Source: a bacterium (GTDB lineage Bacteria; SAR324; XYD2-FULL-50-16; G965216635). Taken from it: a stretch of DNA of 64,000 nt. The DNA is taken from positions 1,984,001-2,048,000 of the forward strand of contig OZ244188.1 of assembly GCA_965216635.1 (NCBI GenBank), written 5' to 3'. Below are positions 41,245-51,966 of this stretch, piece by piece; position 1 is the first letter of the stretch, and each line of letters opens with the position of its first letter. Made by a program: the position numbers and the translations under genes. Below the pieces are notes generated by a model. The model searched no databases, was not told the origin of the DNA, and saw nothing but the letters and a program-made list of their open reading frames with translations.

Positions 41245-42252
41245 ATGAATCATTTATACCAAAGTTTAGCTTCAAAAATAAGAAAAAATTTCTATGAAAG
41301 AAAAAAACAAGAAATTTATTCTTTTCCTATGCTATCTACCCAAAACCGTAAAGAAAAATTCGCAAAACTCTTTTTACAAGAAATACAGAAAAATTCTTTG
41401 CTGAAATTTTCATCGCCCACTTTGCCTGTCTTAAAAGGAAAAGAAAAATGGAGAAAGCTCTACAAAGAATTTCACCTTTCAGCTAAGAACGGAATGTTAG
41501 CGCAAAATTTTAGCAATGCACTGTATCCCCAAGAGACTCGAAAATCTATGGATTTATTTCCCTCTAATACTCGTAGCTTAATTCTTGCCTTATACTGGTA
41601 TTTAAAAAAAGAAAATCTGCATTGTTTGCTTAAAAACTATCAATATCTAAGCCATCTTTTTAAAAAAAAAAATTTTTATTTGGTTGAAATGTCTCCTTTA
41701 CTAAAAATCAAATACAAAAAAAAAGATAAAACCTATTTTTTTCACCATGGGTTGGGATGTCTAGAGCAAGATGTTTTCCAAAAAATTATTTTTTCTTGTT
41801 TGGAAAATAAAAAAAAAATTTTTCCTCTATTGCTATTAGAAAAAAAATTTATCCAATTTTGTCGCTATACAGACAATTATTCATCAAGGGAAGCAGAAGG
41901 ATTTTTTATTAACCTAAAAATCCCATTACAAAAAATTTATGCAAAATACTTTTCTCATCACCCACAACTACCCGCAATTCGTTGGGCAAATAGCTTTAAT
42001 TGCAGTAGACTCGCTTCCTATAATTTTTTAGAAGATAAAATAACAGTATCCCCTGTTTTTGATTTACCTCAAGCAGATTCTGAACTTATTGAATATTTAC
42101 TCTATCACGAAATGCTACATAGAGAATTGGGATTTAAAATTTCTAGAGAGAAAATCTATGTGCACACAAAAGAATTTAAAAAAAAAGAGGCTCAAATTTT
42201 TGATCTAAAAAAAATGGATAAAAAAATAAAAAATTATTTAAATCTAGCCTGA
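41245..42252 (+). CDS. hypothetical protein with C-terminal zincin (SprT/M48-like) motif
   Basis: IEYLLYHEMLH...HTKEFK; start uncertain. Confidence 0.65.
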   Translation: MNHLYQSLASKIRKNFYERKKQEIYSFPMLSTQNRKEKFAKLFLQEIQKNSLLKFSSPTLPVLKGKEKWRKLYKEFHLSAKNGMLAQNFSNALYPQETRKSMDLFPSNTRSLILALYWYLKKENLHCLLKNYQYLSHLFKKKNFYLVEMSPLLKIKYKKKDKTYFFHHGLGCLEQDVFQKIIFSCLENKKKIFPLLLLEKKFIQFCRYTDNYSSREAEGFFINLKIPLQKIYAKYFSHHPQLPAIRWANSFNCSRLASYNFLEDKITVSPVFDLPQADSELIEYLLYHEMLHRELGFKISREKIYVHTKEFKKKEAQIFDLKKMDKKIKNYLNLA

Positions 42253-42263
42253 TTTTTTCGTTA

Positions 42264-43376
42264 TTAATTTAACAAATGGTGGGGATTAAAAAAAATTTTA
42301 TCCAAAGAAGTCGCCACAGGTTCTGAGACTATTTTACCTCGGTAAAGATTTAAACCTTCCATAAACAAGGAATCTTTTTTTAAAACATTTAATTTTTCGT
42401 TCGCCAGCTTCATTATATAAGGAAAAGTACTATTGGTTAAGGCTTGTGTTGCTGTTCTAGCTACTGCCCCCGGCATATTGGTTACACAATAATGAACTTT
42501 TCCTTCCACTTCAAAAATAGGATCTTCGTGTGTTGTGGCTTTGCTTGTTTCAAAACAACCTCCTTGATCTATAGCAACATCTACTAAAACACTTCCTTTT
42601 TCCATAAATTGAATCATTTTTTTGGTAACAAGTTTAGGTGCTTTTGCTCCCGGTATTAAAACAGAGCCCACACAAATATCCGCTGATTTAACATGTTTTT
42701 CTATACTTTCGCTATCGGAATAGATAGCTTTGATTTTTGAACCAAAAATATTTTCAATTTCTGCTAATCTTTGAGTATCTTTATCTAAAACAACCACATC
42801 TGCACCAAAACCAACTGCTATTAAAGCCGAATTTACTCCAACCACTCCTCCTCCTATGATAACAACTTTACCTCTTTCAGTTCCAGGTACTCCGCTTAAC
42901 AAAATACCTTTACCTCCGTTCTTTTTTTCTAAACAGAAAGCTCCAGCTTGAATAGAGAGCCTACCTGCGATTTGACTCATAGGAACCAAGAGGGGAAGTT
43001 TACCAAACTTGTCTTTAATCGTTTCATAAGCAATACAGCTAGTGCCTTTTTCTAATAAACTTTCTACCATTTTTGAATCACTAGCTAAATGAAGATAGGT
43101 AAAAAGAATTTGATTTTCTCGCAACATTGCACATTCTTGTGGTTGCGGCTCTTTTACTTTCAAAATCAGCTCCCCTTCTTTAAAAACTTCTTCTGCTGTA
43201 TCTAGTAGACAAGCTCCCGCCTTTTTATAATCTTCATCTAAAAAACCAATAGCGCTTCCAGCTTTTTTTTCCACAAAAACAACGTGTCCTTTTTTTGTGA
43301 ACTCTCTCACCATTACAGGTGTTGCGCTTACTCTAAATTCTTTGACTTTTATTTCTTTAGGTACTCCTATTTTCAT
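42264..43376 (-). CDS. ald: alanine dehydrogenase
   Basis: IGVPKEIK, KVKEP, FTYLHLA, DVAIDQGGC, YCVTNMPGAV. Confidence 0.96.
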   Translation of the reverse strand: MKIGVPKEIKVKEFRVSATPVMVREFTKKGHVVFVEKKAGSAIGFLDEDYKKAGACLLDTAEEVFKEGELILKVKEPQPQECAMLRENQILFTYLHLASDSKMVESLLEKGTSCIAYETIKDKFGKLPLLVPMSQIAGRLSIQAGAFCLEKKNGGKGILLSGVPGTERGKVVIIGGGVVGVNSALIAVGFGADVVVLDKDTQRLAEIENIFGSKIKAIYSDSESIEKHVKSADICVGSVLIPGAKAPKLVTKKMIQFMEKGSVLVDVAIDQGGCFETSKATTHEDPIFEVEGKVHYCVTNMPGAVARTATQALTNSTFPYIMKLANEKLNVLKKDSLFMEGLNLYRGKIVSEPVATSLDKIFFNPHHLLN

Positions 43377-43380
43377 TTTA

Positions 43381-44502
43381 TTACCAAGATGTTCTCATAG
43401 GCATCATAACTATTTGATAATCTTTTTCATCACAATCTTTAATAGTTATAAATTTATCCTCTCCATAAAAATGTATTTCTAATTCTTCAGTGCCTGTTTC
43501 CATATTTTGAAGAGCTCTTAACATATAATTTATGTTTAAGCCTATTTCAAAAGATTCTTTTTCAAAAAAACAATCTAGTTCGTGTTTACTTTCCCCTGTT
43601 TGCATTTTTTCACTTTCTATTTTTAATTTATTTTTTGATAAAACAAATTTCATAGTATTAGAAAAATCATCTACAATCACTCTTAAAATTTTTATCTCTT
43701 TTAAAAATTCTTTTAAACCTATTTTTAAAATATAATCTCCTTTTTTGAATTTAAAAATATTATCCATATCTGGATATTCTTCATTAAGAAGTCTTGTTTG
43801 GAAGAAGGAATCTTTTGTTTTTAATTGTAAAAAAGTATTGTCTAGATAAATATCTATAATTTCCTCTTTTTCATTTTCTAAATATTTTAAGATAGAAGAA
43901 AAACAACTACTAGGAATAATAGCTTTTTTATTGTTTTTAATCTCTTTTGTTCTTAAAAAATATTCACAAGCTCTATAAGAATCTGAAGAAATAAATCTTA
44001 TATTTTCTTTATTAGTTTCAATAAGAATACCTTGTAAATTTATTTTTATAGGCTCTACAGAAACAAAATCTATTGATCTTTTAAAAGCTTCATTTAATTC
44101 TGTAGCTTTTAATGAAAAAGAGTTTTCTTGAAAAGAGAAATCTAATTTAGGAAATTTATCTTTATCAAAACTAGGTATTTTAATACTTGATTTGTTGTTT
44201 TTTACTAATAACCATTGATTTTCTAAAACTTTAAATAATATTTCGTCATCGTAGAGTTCTCTAATTAATTCAAAAAATTTTTGTGCGTTTGTACAAAAAC
44301 TTCCTTCTTTTATAACATTTGCTTTTATCTCTTTTTTAAAATTACTTTCATTATTTGTACATATAATGTTTATTTTACTTTCTTTTAAATTAGCTTCTAT
44401 CTTAAATTGAGAAAAAAACTGATTATTAACTTCTTTTCCAGTTATAGTAATAACAACTTGTATTATTTTTAGAAAACTATTTCTATTTACCTTAAATTCC
44501 AT
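43381..44502 (-). CDS. dnaN: DNA polymerase III beta clamp
   Basis: Downstream of dnaA; SSDSYR, EYPD, GLNINY and C-terminal MMPMR. Confidence 0.92.
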   Translation of the reverse strand: MEFKVNRNSFLKIIQVVITITGKEVNNQFFSQFKIEANLKESKINIICTNNESNFKKEIKANVIKEGSFCTNAQKFFELIRELYDDEILFKVLENQWLLVKNNKSSIKIPSFDKDKFPKLDFSFQENSFSLKATELNEAFKRSIDFVSVEPIKINLQGILIETNKENIRFISSDSYRACEYFLRTKEIKNNKKAIIPSSCFSSILKYLENEKEEIIDIYLDNTFLQLKTKDSFFQTRLLNEEYPDMDNIFKFKKGDYILKIGLKEFLKEIKILRVIVDDFSNTMKFVLSKNKLKIESEKMQTGESKHELDCFFEKESFEIGLNINYMLRALQNMETGTEELEIHFYGEDKFITIKDCDEKDYQIVMMPMRTSW

Positions 44503-44755
44503 ATTTATTATATTTAGATAGTAGTATTAGTAGGCTCTGTTTCTTTTTTTAGAAACCTTAAAGCTGATACAATACATTGTTTTTTCATTTATTTATATAT
44601 TTTTATTTATATATTTATATATTCCATATTTATTATATTTTTTTATTTATAAATAAAAAAAATAATAAATAACAATAAAATACAAACAAAAAAATTCACT
44701 TAAGTAAGTTATTGTTATAACTTATTTTTATTAAAAAAAAAAAAATTTTATGTTG
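44503..44755. promoter_or_regulatory. probable oriC unwinding region (DnaA-trios plus AT-rich tract)
   Basis: TAG TAG TAT TAG TAG then GCTC at 44519-44537 just upstream of dnaN; very AT-rich dnaA-dnaN intergenic region; no consensus TTWTNCACA seen. Confidence 0.65.
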
Positions 44756-46108
44756 TTACAAATCTGTTGTTTTTTTAGAATTTAAAATAGATGTTATACT
44801 ACCCACAGAAAGACGTAGTTCTGTATCTTCATCTATAATAGACTTTATTTTTTTGTAAGATTGTATAACAGAAACATGATTTTTTTCAAAATAATTTCCT
44901 ATTACCGGATAAGAAAGATTTGTTACTTCTCTAGCTATATACATAGCAACTTGTCTAGCTATAGTTATTTCTCTATCTCTTTTTTCTGATTTTATATCTG
45001 ATATTTTAACATTAAAATTTTTAGATACTTCTTTTATTATATCATTAACAGCTATTGGGCTTTTATCCAAGTTAAGAATATCTTTTAAAATAATTCTTGC
45101 AGAATCTAAATTTATTTCTTGATTTAAGAGAGAATACTCTGCTTCTAGACATTTTATAACACCTTTTATTTCCCTCACATTGGTTCTTATTGCGTGGGCT
45201 ATATGTAAAACAATATCTTCTGCTAAGATCAAATCAATTTTTTCTAACTCATTTTTTATAATAGCTACTCTAGTCTCAAAAACAGGAGCATCAATTTTAG
45301 CTATTATACCTGCAGAAAAACGACTAATAAGCCTTCTTTCAATTTTTTTTATTTCTCTAGGATACCTATCTGCTGTTATAATCACCTGCTTTCCTTTATT
45401 TAAAAGCTCATTAAAAGTGTGAAAAAACTCTTCTTGTGTGCTTGTTTTGTTTTCTAAAAACTGGATATCGTCTATTAGAAAAAGATCGCAATTACGATAT
45501 TTTTTCTTTATAGATAAAATTTCCTTTCTACGAATGCCTTCTATAACATCATTAGTAAAATTTTCAGAGGTGCAGTAAATAATTTCAATATCTTTATTTT
45601 CTTTTAAGATTTTATTTCCAACAGCTTGTAAAAGATGGGTTTTTCCAAGTCCCACGTCTCCATAAAGAAAAAGAGGGTTGTATTTAGAAATTAATTTGCT
45701 GGAAAGGGATTCTGCAATGGATAAAGCACAGGCGTAGGCGATAGAAGAGTTGTCTCCATTTACAAAACTTTCAAAGGTATTATCAGAATTTAAAGCATGT
45801 TTTTCCATTTTCTTTTTTCCTACTTGAAAGACTAATTGAAAATTTTCTTCTAATCCAAAAGGATAAAAACTACTAAATAAAGATTTTTTTAAAAGTGTAG
45901 CGCGATTGTTTTTAATCCAATTGCAGAAAAAATTATTTAGACCTCCTAGTGTCATTTGTTCTTTTTTAAACTCTATTAAGTTAATATTGTCTAACCAAGC
46001 TTCTTTTTCGGAGTCGTTTATGGAGTTGGATATTTGGTTTTTACAATTAAACCAAACTTTTTCTAAAGTTATGTTGTGTTTCACCTGTTTTTGTGCTAGA
46101 TTTTCCAT
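44756..46108 (-). CDS. dnaA: chromosomal replication initiator
   Basis: YNPLFLYGDVGLGKTHL, IDDIQF, QEEFFHTFN, ARQVAMY. Confidence 0.97.
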   Translation of the reverse strand: MENLAQKQVKHNITLEKVWFNCKNQISNSINDSEKEAWLDNINLIEFKKEQMTLGGLNNFFCNWIKNNRATLLKKSLFSSFYPFGLEENFQLVFQVGKKKMEKHALNSDNTFESFVNGDNSSIAYACALSIAESLSSKLISKYNPLFLYGDVGLGKTHLLQAVGNKILKENKDIEIIYCTSENFTNDVIEGIRRKEILSIKKKYRNCDLFLIDDIQFLENKTSTQEEFFHTFNELLNKGKQVIITADRYPREIKKIERRLISRFSAGIIAKIDAPVFETRVAIIKNELEKIDLILAEDIVLHIAHAIRTNVREIKGVIKCLEAEYSLLNQEINLDSARIILKDILNLDKSPIAVNDIIKEVSKNFNVKISDIKSEKRDREITIARQVAMYIAREVTNLSYPVIGNYFEKNHVSVIQSYKKIKSIIDEDTELRLSVGSITSILNSKKTTDL

Positions 46109-46320
46109 GTTTTTAGGTCTAAAATAGATAATAGTAAGATGATATATAGCAAATATTTTTTTTTCAATTTTTTAAAAAAGGTTTATAAAAATAAAACAAT
46201 ATTACCTGTTTAAATATTTGAAACAACAAAACAATCCTAAAAAAACAACGTTGAAAAAAACAGAAAAAGGAACTTTTTCTTTCCTTTAATTTGCATAGAA
46301 ATAAATTTTTTGCTTTAAAA

Positions 46321-48213
46321 ATGCGTCAAAATAAAAAAACTCAGAAAAAAAAGTGGGATTTGATAGTCATCGGTGGAGGTCATGCTGGCTGTGAAGCAGC
46401 CCATGCGGCTGCTTCTATGGGATGTAGCACTTTACTTTTAACAATGAAAAAGGAAACTATTGGAAAAATGTCGTGTAATCCAGCCATAGGAGGCGTGGGT
46501 AAAGGGCATTTAGTGAAAGAAATAGATGCTTTAGGCGGTATTATGGGTTTTGTGGCGGACGAAACTGCGATTCAATTTAGAAAACTTAATACTAAAAAAG
46601 GAGTAGCTGTTCAGGCTACAAGATGCCAATCGGATATGCACCAATACAATCAGAAAATGATAGAAACTATCCAAAGCTGTCCGAATCTTTTTGTGAGAGA
46701 AGGAGAGGTGGTTTCTTTTCTTTTAGAAAAGGGTGAAATTTGCGGGGTTCAAACTAGCTTAAGAGAATCTATTTTAAGCAAAGCTGTTGTTTTAACAGGA
46801 GGCACTTTTTTGAGAGGAAAAATTCATATAGGAGATAAGCAGTTTGAGGCAGGTAGAGTGGGTGAGAGTCCAGCTAATCAAATTTCAGTTCAATTAGAAA
46901 AACTGCGGTTAAAAATGGGAAGATTGAAGACGGGAACAACGCCTAGGCTAGATAAAAACACCATCCAGTTTGGAAAACTAGAGCTTCAGCACGGAGATAA
47001 AGAAAAACTCAAATTTTCCTTTTGGAATAGCAAGATAAGTCTGCCCCAAGTGCCCTGCTATATTACCTATACCAACGAAAAAACACACCGTATTATTGCT
47101 GAAAATATTTCGCTATCAGCAGCCTACAATGGCGATATTCAATCTTCAGGTCCCAGGTACTGTCCTAGTATAGAAGATAAAATTGTTCGTTTTGCAGATA
47201 AAAAAAAACACCAGATTTTTTTAGAGCCCACCAGCTTGGATTCTATAGAAATTTATCCCAACGGTATTTCTACGAGTCTTCCAGAAAAAGTGCAGCTGGA
47301 TTTTGTACGAAGTATTAAAGGTTTAGAAGAAGCGAAAATAATCAGAGCAGGTTACGCTGTAGAATACGACTTTGTTTTTCCCAACCAACTCCAACTTTCT
47401 TTGGAACTAAAATCGCTGAAAGGGTTGTTTTTGGCGGGACAAATTAATGGCACTACAGGTTATGAAGAAGCAGCAGCACAAGGTTTAATCGCAGGCATTA
47501 ACGCAGCCTTGCAAATCCAAAAAAAAGAGCCTTTGATTTTAACGCGAGATGTTGCTTATCTTGCTGTTTTGATAGACGATTTAGTAACTAAAGGCACAGA
47601 AGAGCCTTACCGTATGTTCACCTCCAGAGCAGAATACCGATTGCTTTTAAGAGAAGAAAATGCAGATCAAAGACTTTGTGAAATAGGCTACAAAATTGGG
47701 CTGCTCAGCAAAGCAAAATATCAAAAATTTTGCCAGAAATACAAGAAGGTGGAAAGTTTAAAAAAATGGACTGCGAGTTTAAGATTAAAACCCAGTGAAA
47801 AATTGCTTGATTTTTATGAGAAAAAAGAAATTTCACAAAAAAATTACAAGTTAACTCATTTACTCAAACAGCCAACAGTAGCATTTAAAACACTAGAAAA
47901 ATTTTTTCCAGCGATATGGAAAAAAGAGCTGAAACAATGGGAGCAAGTGCATAAAAATATTGTGGAAACAGATTTGAAATACGAGGGCTATATTAAAAAA
48001 CAGCAAGTACAACTTAAGCAGTATCACAAATTACACCTACAACCCATTCCCCATAATTTAGATTATTCCTTAGTCGGAGGACTTTCTGCAGAAGTAAAAG
48101 AAAAACTAGTGTATTACCGTCCAGAAAATTTGAGCCAAATGCTAAAAATCAGTGGAATTACTCCAGCAGCGACTACTATTTTAATGGTTTATCTAAAAAA
48201 ATTAGCCGCATAA
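46321..48213 (+). CDS. mnmG: tRNA uridine-5-carboxymethylaminomethyl synthesis enzyme
   Basis: GGGHAGCEAA, MSCNPAIGG, RLKTGT, GPRYCPSIEDK, GTTGYEEAAAQG. Confidence 0.97.
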   Translation: MRQNKKTQKKKWDLIVIGGGHAGCEAAHAAASMGCSTLLLTMKKETIGKMSCNPAIGGVGKGHLVKEIDALGGIMGFVADETAIQFRKLNTKKGVAVQATRCQSDMHQYNQKMIETIQSCPNLFVREGEVVSFLLEKGEICGVQTSLRESILSKAVVLTGGTFLRGKIHIGDKQFEAGRVGESPANQISVQLEKLRLKMGRLKTGTTPRLDKNTIQFGKLELQHGDKEKLKFSFWNSKISLPQVPCYITYTNEKTHRIIAENISLSAAYNGDIQSSGPRYCPSIEDKIVRFADKKKHQIFLEPTSLDSIEIYPNGISTSLPEKVQLDFVRSIKGLEEAKIIRAGYAVEYDFVFPNQLQLSLELKSLKGLFLAGQINGTTGYEEAAAQGLIAGINAALQIQKKEPLILTRDVAYLAVLIDDLVTKGTEEPYRMFTSRAEYRLLLREENADQRLCEIGYKIGLLSKAKYQKFCQKYKKVESLKKWTASLRLKPSEKLLDFYEKKEISQKNYKLTHLLKQPTVAFKTLEKFFPAIWKKELKQWEQVHKNIVETDLKYEGYIKKQQVQLKQYHKLHLQPIPHNLDYSLVGGLSAEVKEKLVYYRPENLSQMLKISGITPAATTILMVYLKKLAA

Positions 48214-48214
48214 A

Positions 48215-49207
48215 GTGAAAATTACTTTTTTAGACGCAGCTACCTTTGGAAATTTTTTTGAGTTTAAAAAACCCTCTTTTGCATCTGAGAGGAATTTTGA
48301 ATGGAATGAATATCAAACTACCAAGTCCACAGAAATTTTAGAGAGAATCAAAGATAGCGAGATTGTGATTGCCAATAAAATTGCCCTAAAAAAAGAAATT
48401 TTAGAAAAAGCAGAAAAATTAAAACTGATCGCATTAGTAGCTACAGGCTATAACAGTATAGATTTGGATTATTGTAAAAAAAAAGACATTCGCGTTTGCA
48501 ATATTCGCGACTACGCTTTTGACTCTGTTCCAGAACACACCTTCGCTTTGATTTTGGCTTTAAGAAAAAATATTTTTGGCTATCAAAAAGCGGTGCAAAA
48601 CGGAGTTTGGGAAGATTGCGGACAGTTTTGTTTTTTCTTGGAGCCAGTGCACTGCCTACGAGGGAGCCGTTTAGGTATAATAGGTTCTGGAAGTTTGGGG
48701 CAAGGAGTAGCGAGGCTAGGCGAAGCCTTTGGTATGGATGTTCGCTTTGCACTTCGCAAAGGCAAAAAAAGTTGTAAAAAAAGCAGTCAAAACAATGGGT
48801 TTAACGACAAATACCTAGCTTTTGAAGAAATCATAGAAACATCCTCTGTGATTTCTGTAAACTGTCCTTTGTTGCCCGAAACTAAAGACATTATCGGTTG
48901 GCGAGAGCTAAAAAAAATGCGAGAAGACTGCATTTTAGTCAATAGCTCGCGAGGCGGTATTATCAACGAAGCAGATCTTGTGAGAGCGATTAAAGAAAAA
49001 AGAATTGCAGGGGCTGGGATAGATGTAGTCTCTAGCGAGCCGCCGAGTTTTTCGCACCCCTACTACTCTATTTTGAGCTATCCTAATTTTATCTTAACTC
49101 CGCATGTAGCTTGGGTAGGACTTTCTGCTATGAAAAGGGCTTGGAGTCAAGTTATAGAAAACATTGAAAACTTTAAAAAAGGCAAACCTACCCGTGTTGT
49201 TTGCTGA
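48215..49207 (+). CDS. D-2-hydroxyacid (glycerate-type) dehydrogenase
   Basis: ATGYN, GSGSLG, NSSRGG, DV..EPP, LTPHVAW. Confidence 0.92.
   Translation: MKITFLDAATFGNFFEFKKPSFASERNFEWNEYQTTKSTEILERIKDSEIVIANKIALKKEILEKAEKLKLIALVATGYNSIDLDYCKKKDIRVCNIRDYAFDSVPEHTFALILALRKNIFGYQKAVQNGVWEDCGQFCFFLEPVHCLRGSRLGIIGSGSLGQGVARLGEAFGMDVRFALRKGKKSCKKSSQNNGFNDKYLAFEEIIETSSVISVNCPLLPETKDIIGWRELKKMREDCILVNSSRGGIINEADLVRAIKEKRIAGAGIDVVSSEPPSFSHPYYSILSYPNFILTPHVAWVGLSAMKRAWSQVIENIENFKKGKPTRVVC
49139..49207 (+). repeat. 69-bp direct repeat, copy 1 (functional gene end)
   Basis: Matches 50013-50081 with only synonymous differences. Confidence 0.9.
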
Positions 49208-49295
49208 AAATCTTTGAAAAACATTGAAAATATATTAAAGGAATGCTATTGATACTAAAATAAAAATTATTCTACGTCAGTCCAATAAAAAAACT

Positions 49296-49565
49296 ATGCC
49301 ACTATCAACACTAAAAGAAAAAGGACAGATTACACTTCCTTCGTCTATTCGCAGGCAAATACACGCAGAAAAAGGAGATTTATTTGATTTTCAAGTGCGA
49401 GAAAACAAGGTTATTATGACTCGTAAAAAAATAGTGCTGGCAAAAGCTTCTGTTCACAAAAAAACAAACAAACTATCAAAATATATCGGTGCAGGAAAAG
49501 GAGTTTTTGGTTCTCCAAAGGAAATAGATAATCTTATCCGCAAGCAACGCAAAGAATGGGATTAA
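49296..49565 (+). CDS. AbrB/MazE-fold antitoxin
   Basis: KGQITLPSSIR..GD..F; overlaps the vapC start. Confidence 0.88.
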   Translation: MPLSTLKEKGQITLPSSIRRQIHAEKGDLFDFQVRENKVIMTRKKIVLAKASVHKKTNKLSKYIGAGKGVFGSPKEIDNLIRKQRKEWD

Positions 49566-49996
49566 AAGAAAAACTTCAGAGTAAAAAAGTCTATTTTGAT
49601 ACAAATATTTTTATCTACCTTTTTGAAGGCTGCAAAACAATTATGCCACAAATTAAGGCATTGCAATCTTTGATAGAACGTGAAGAAACAAGAATTATTT
49701 CCAGCATCCTTGTTTATGCAGAAATGCTCCCTCCTGTTGTGAAAAATGGAAATCAAAAAGTAGTGCAAAGTTTAATAAATTTTTTGAGAGAAACAGAAAT
49801 TTTCACTCTTGTTCCCATAAATTTTGATGTATCTGTGCATGCAGGTATATTGCGTGGAGAAACAGGTATGAAAACTCCCGATGCTATTCATGTTGCCACA
49901 GCAATGGAAGAAAAATGCGATGTGTTTTTTACAAACGACAAGCAGATAAAACTCCCGAAAAGTTTGGAAAGAGTTCTATTTTCAGATTATCAATAA
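49556..49996 (+). CDS. VapC/PIN toxin
   Basis: YFDTNIFIY, AEML, TPDAIHVATA, FTND. Confidence 0.92.
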   Translation: MGLKEKLQSKKVYFDTNIFIYLFEGCKTIMPQIKALQSLIEREETRIISSILVYAEMLPPVVKNGNQKVVQSLINFLRETEIFTLVPINFDVSVHAGILRGETGMKTPDAIHVATAMEEKCDVFFTNDKQIKLPKSLERVLFSDYQ

Positions 49997-50012
49997 ATGC
50001 AGATTTAATATA

Positions 50013-50081
50013 GCTTGGAGTCAAGTTATAGAAAACATTGAAAACTTCAAAAAAGGCAAACCTACCCGAGTCGTTTGCTAG
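50013..50081 (+). repeat. 69-bp direct repeat, copy 2 (displaced gene end)
   Basis: Encodes the same AWSQVIENIENFKKGKPTRVVC* as the dehydrogenase end. Confidence 0.9.
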
Positions 50082-50155
50082 TTTATGGGGATATAATATT
50101 TAATATCTTTATAAATAATAATTAAATAGTTATACACAAAAAATAAAAACTATAA

Positions 50156-50995
50156 ATGAAAAAAGAATTTGAATCTCAACTAAAAAAATTTGTAGAGGGA
50201 CTGCAAGACTATATTAGTACTAAAAATGGGCAATGGACTATAAAAGGCTTTATAGATGTATTTCAAAATATTTATGCAATTTCATTAGATACTAAAATTG
50301 TATCTAAGATTTTAGAAATTCATTTATTTCCTAAAATTATGGAATTTGCTCAAAAATATGGGTATAAAATTGTATTAGCAGAACACCAAAATTATTATCC
50401 TGATATTTCATTTGTAAAAGCCAGTGATGAAAATATAAAATTCGCTGTGGATTTTAAAACTACATATAGAAATCTCAACAAACCGTGGTTATGCAATGGA
50501 TTTACATTAGGTTCGCATGGAAAATATTTTGAAGATCGTACAAGCCAAAAAAACATACAATTTTCTTATGGGGAATACTTAGGGCACTTTTGTCTTGGTA
50601 TCATTTATAATCGTTCTACTGGAGTATCCATAGGCGAAACGAAAAGCTATAACATTAAAAATTTACAATCTATAACATCGGTAGTGAATAATTTTCAATT
50701 TTTTTTTGTTGAAAAATGGCGTATTGCTAGTGATAGAGGTGGTAGTGGTAATACAGCAAATATAGGAAGCATTAACAATATTAACGATATTATTAATGGT
50801 AATGGTATGTTCTCAAATCTTGGAGAATCTTGGTTTGATGATTATTGGATGAATTACAATAAAATCACTATACCCGACAAGAAAGGTAGGACTAAAAAAA
50901 TCACTTCATTGAAAGATTTTGTTATTTATAGAAAAGGAGATGTATCTAAAATTATACCAAAACGTAATAAAACATTTAAAACCACCAAAAAATGA
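50156..50995 (+). CDS. EcoRV-family type II restriction endonuclease
   Basis: [16 protein letters not shown]..(x)n..DFKTTY and [11 protein letters not shown] match EcoRV catalytic and recognition-loop motifs. Confidence 0.88.
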   Translation: MKKEFESQLKKFVEGLQDYISTKNGQWTIKGFIDVFQNIYAISLDTKIVSKILEIHLFPKIMEFAQKYGYKIVLAEHQNYYPDISFVKASDENIKFAVDFKTTYRNLNKPWLCNGFTLGSHGKYFEDRTSQKNIQFSYGEYLGHFCLGIIYNRSTGVSIGETKSYNIKNLQSITSVVNNFQFFFVEKWRIASDRGGSGNTANIGSINNINDIINGNGMFSNLGESWFDDYWMNYNKITIPDKKGRTKKITSLKDFVIYRKGDVSKIIPKRNKTFKTTKK

Positions 50996-51903
50996 AAGTA
51001 AAGGTGCCGCCAATAAAATCACAAGGTATAAAAACTAAATTAGTTCCTTGGATAAATACTATTATTCCGCAAGGATTTAATGGGCAGTGGATAGAACCAT
51101 TTATGGGAACAGGAGTAGTAGCGTTCAATCTTGCGCCTATACATGCATTATTATGTGATACCAATCCGCATTTAATTAGTTTTTATCAAGCAATAGCAAA
51201 CAAAGAAATCACCCCAAATATTGTAAAAAAATATTTAAATAAAGAAGGTGCTTTGCTTCTTGAGATAGGCGAGAAGCACTATTATAAACTGAGAGATAGG
51301 TTTAATAAAGAACATTATCCATTAGATTTTTTATTTTTAAATAGAGCGGGATTTAACGGAATGATTCGTTTTAATAAAAAAGGTTGTTTTAATATACCAT
51401 TCTGTAAAAAACCTAAAAGATTTGCGCGGGCTTATGTAACTAAAATTGTTAATCAGATTGCATATGTAAGTTATTTGTTATTAGTAAAGAATTTTAAATT
51501 TATGTGTCAATCATTTGAGAAAACTATTTCAAAAGCAAAACCTTCTGATATTATTTATTGTGATCCGCCATATATAGAAAGACATGCTGATTATTTTAAT
51601 GGATGGAACAAAGAGAAAGAAAAGAGTTTATTTGACGCTTTATCGCAATCTAAAAGTAAGTTTATATTATCAACTTGGCACCATAACGATTTTCGTGAAA
51701 ATAAATATATTTACTCGCTATGGAGTAAATTTAATATTTTAACAAGAAAACATTTCTATCATGTTGGTGGTAGTGAAAAAAACAGAAATCCAATGATTGA
51801 AGCTATTATCACTAATTATGATGTATCAGTTTATGAAACTCAAGAGGCAGAAACGCAGAAACAATTAACACTATTTGAGAAAAAAATAGTATATAGCATA
51901 TAA
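50992..51903 (+). CDS. Dam/M.EcoRV-family adenine methyltransferase
   Basis: [31 protein letters not shown]. Confidence 0.92.
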   Translation: MKVKVPPIKSQGIKTKLVPWINTIIPQGFNGQWIEPFMGTGVVAFNLAPIHALLCDTNPHLISFYQAIANKEITPNIVKKYLNKEGALLLEIGEKHYYKLRDRFNKEHYPLDFLFLNRAGFNGMIRFNKKGCFNIPFCKKPKRFARAYVTKIVNQIAYVSYLLLVKNFKFMCQSFEKTISKAKPSDIIYCDPPYIERHADYFNGWNKEKEKSLFDALSQSKSKFILSTWHHNDFRENKYIYSLWSKFNILTRKHFYHVGGSEKNRNPMIEAIITNYDVSVYETQEAETQKQLTLFEKKIVYSI

Positions 51904-51950
51904 CAAATCATTCCAGCCAACTGCTAATATGTCGGTTAAATTTATTAAAT
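51897..51950 (+). other. degenerate attC-like site 1
   Basis: atataac-aaatcattccagccaac...gtcggttaaat-tt-attaaat overlapping the MTase stop. Confidence 0.55.
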
Positions 51951-51966
51951 AAAAAAAAATTCAATT

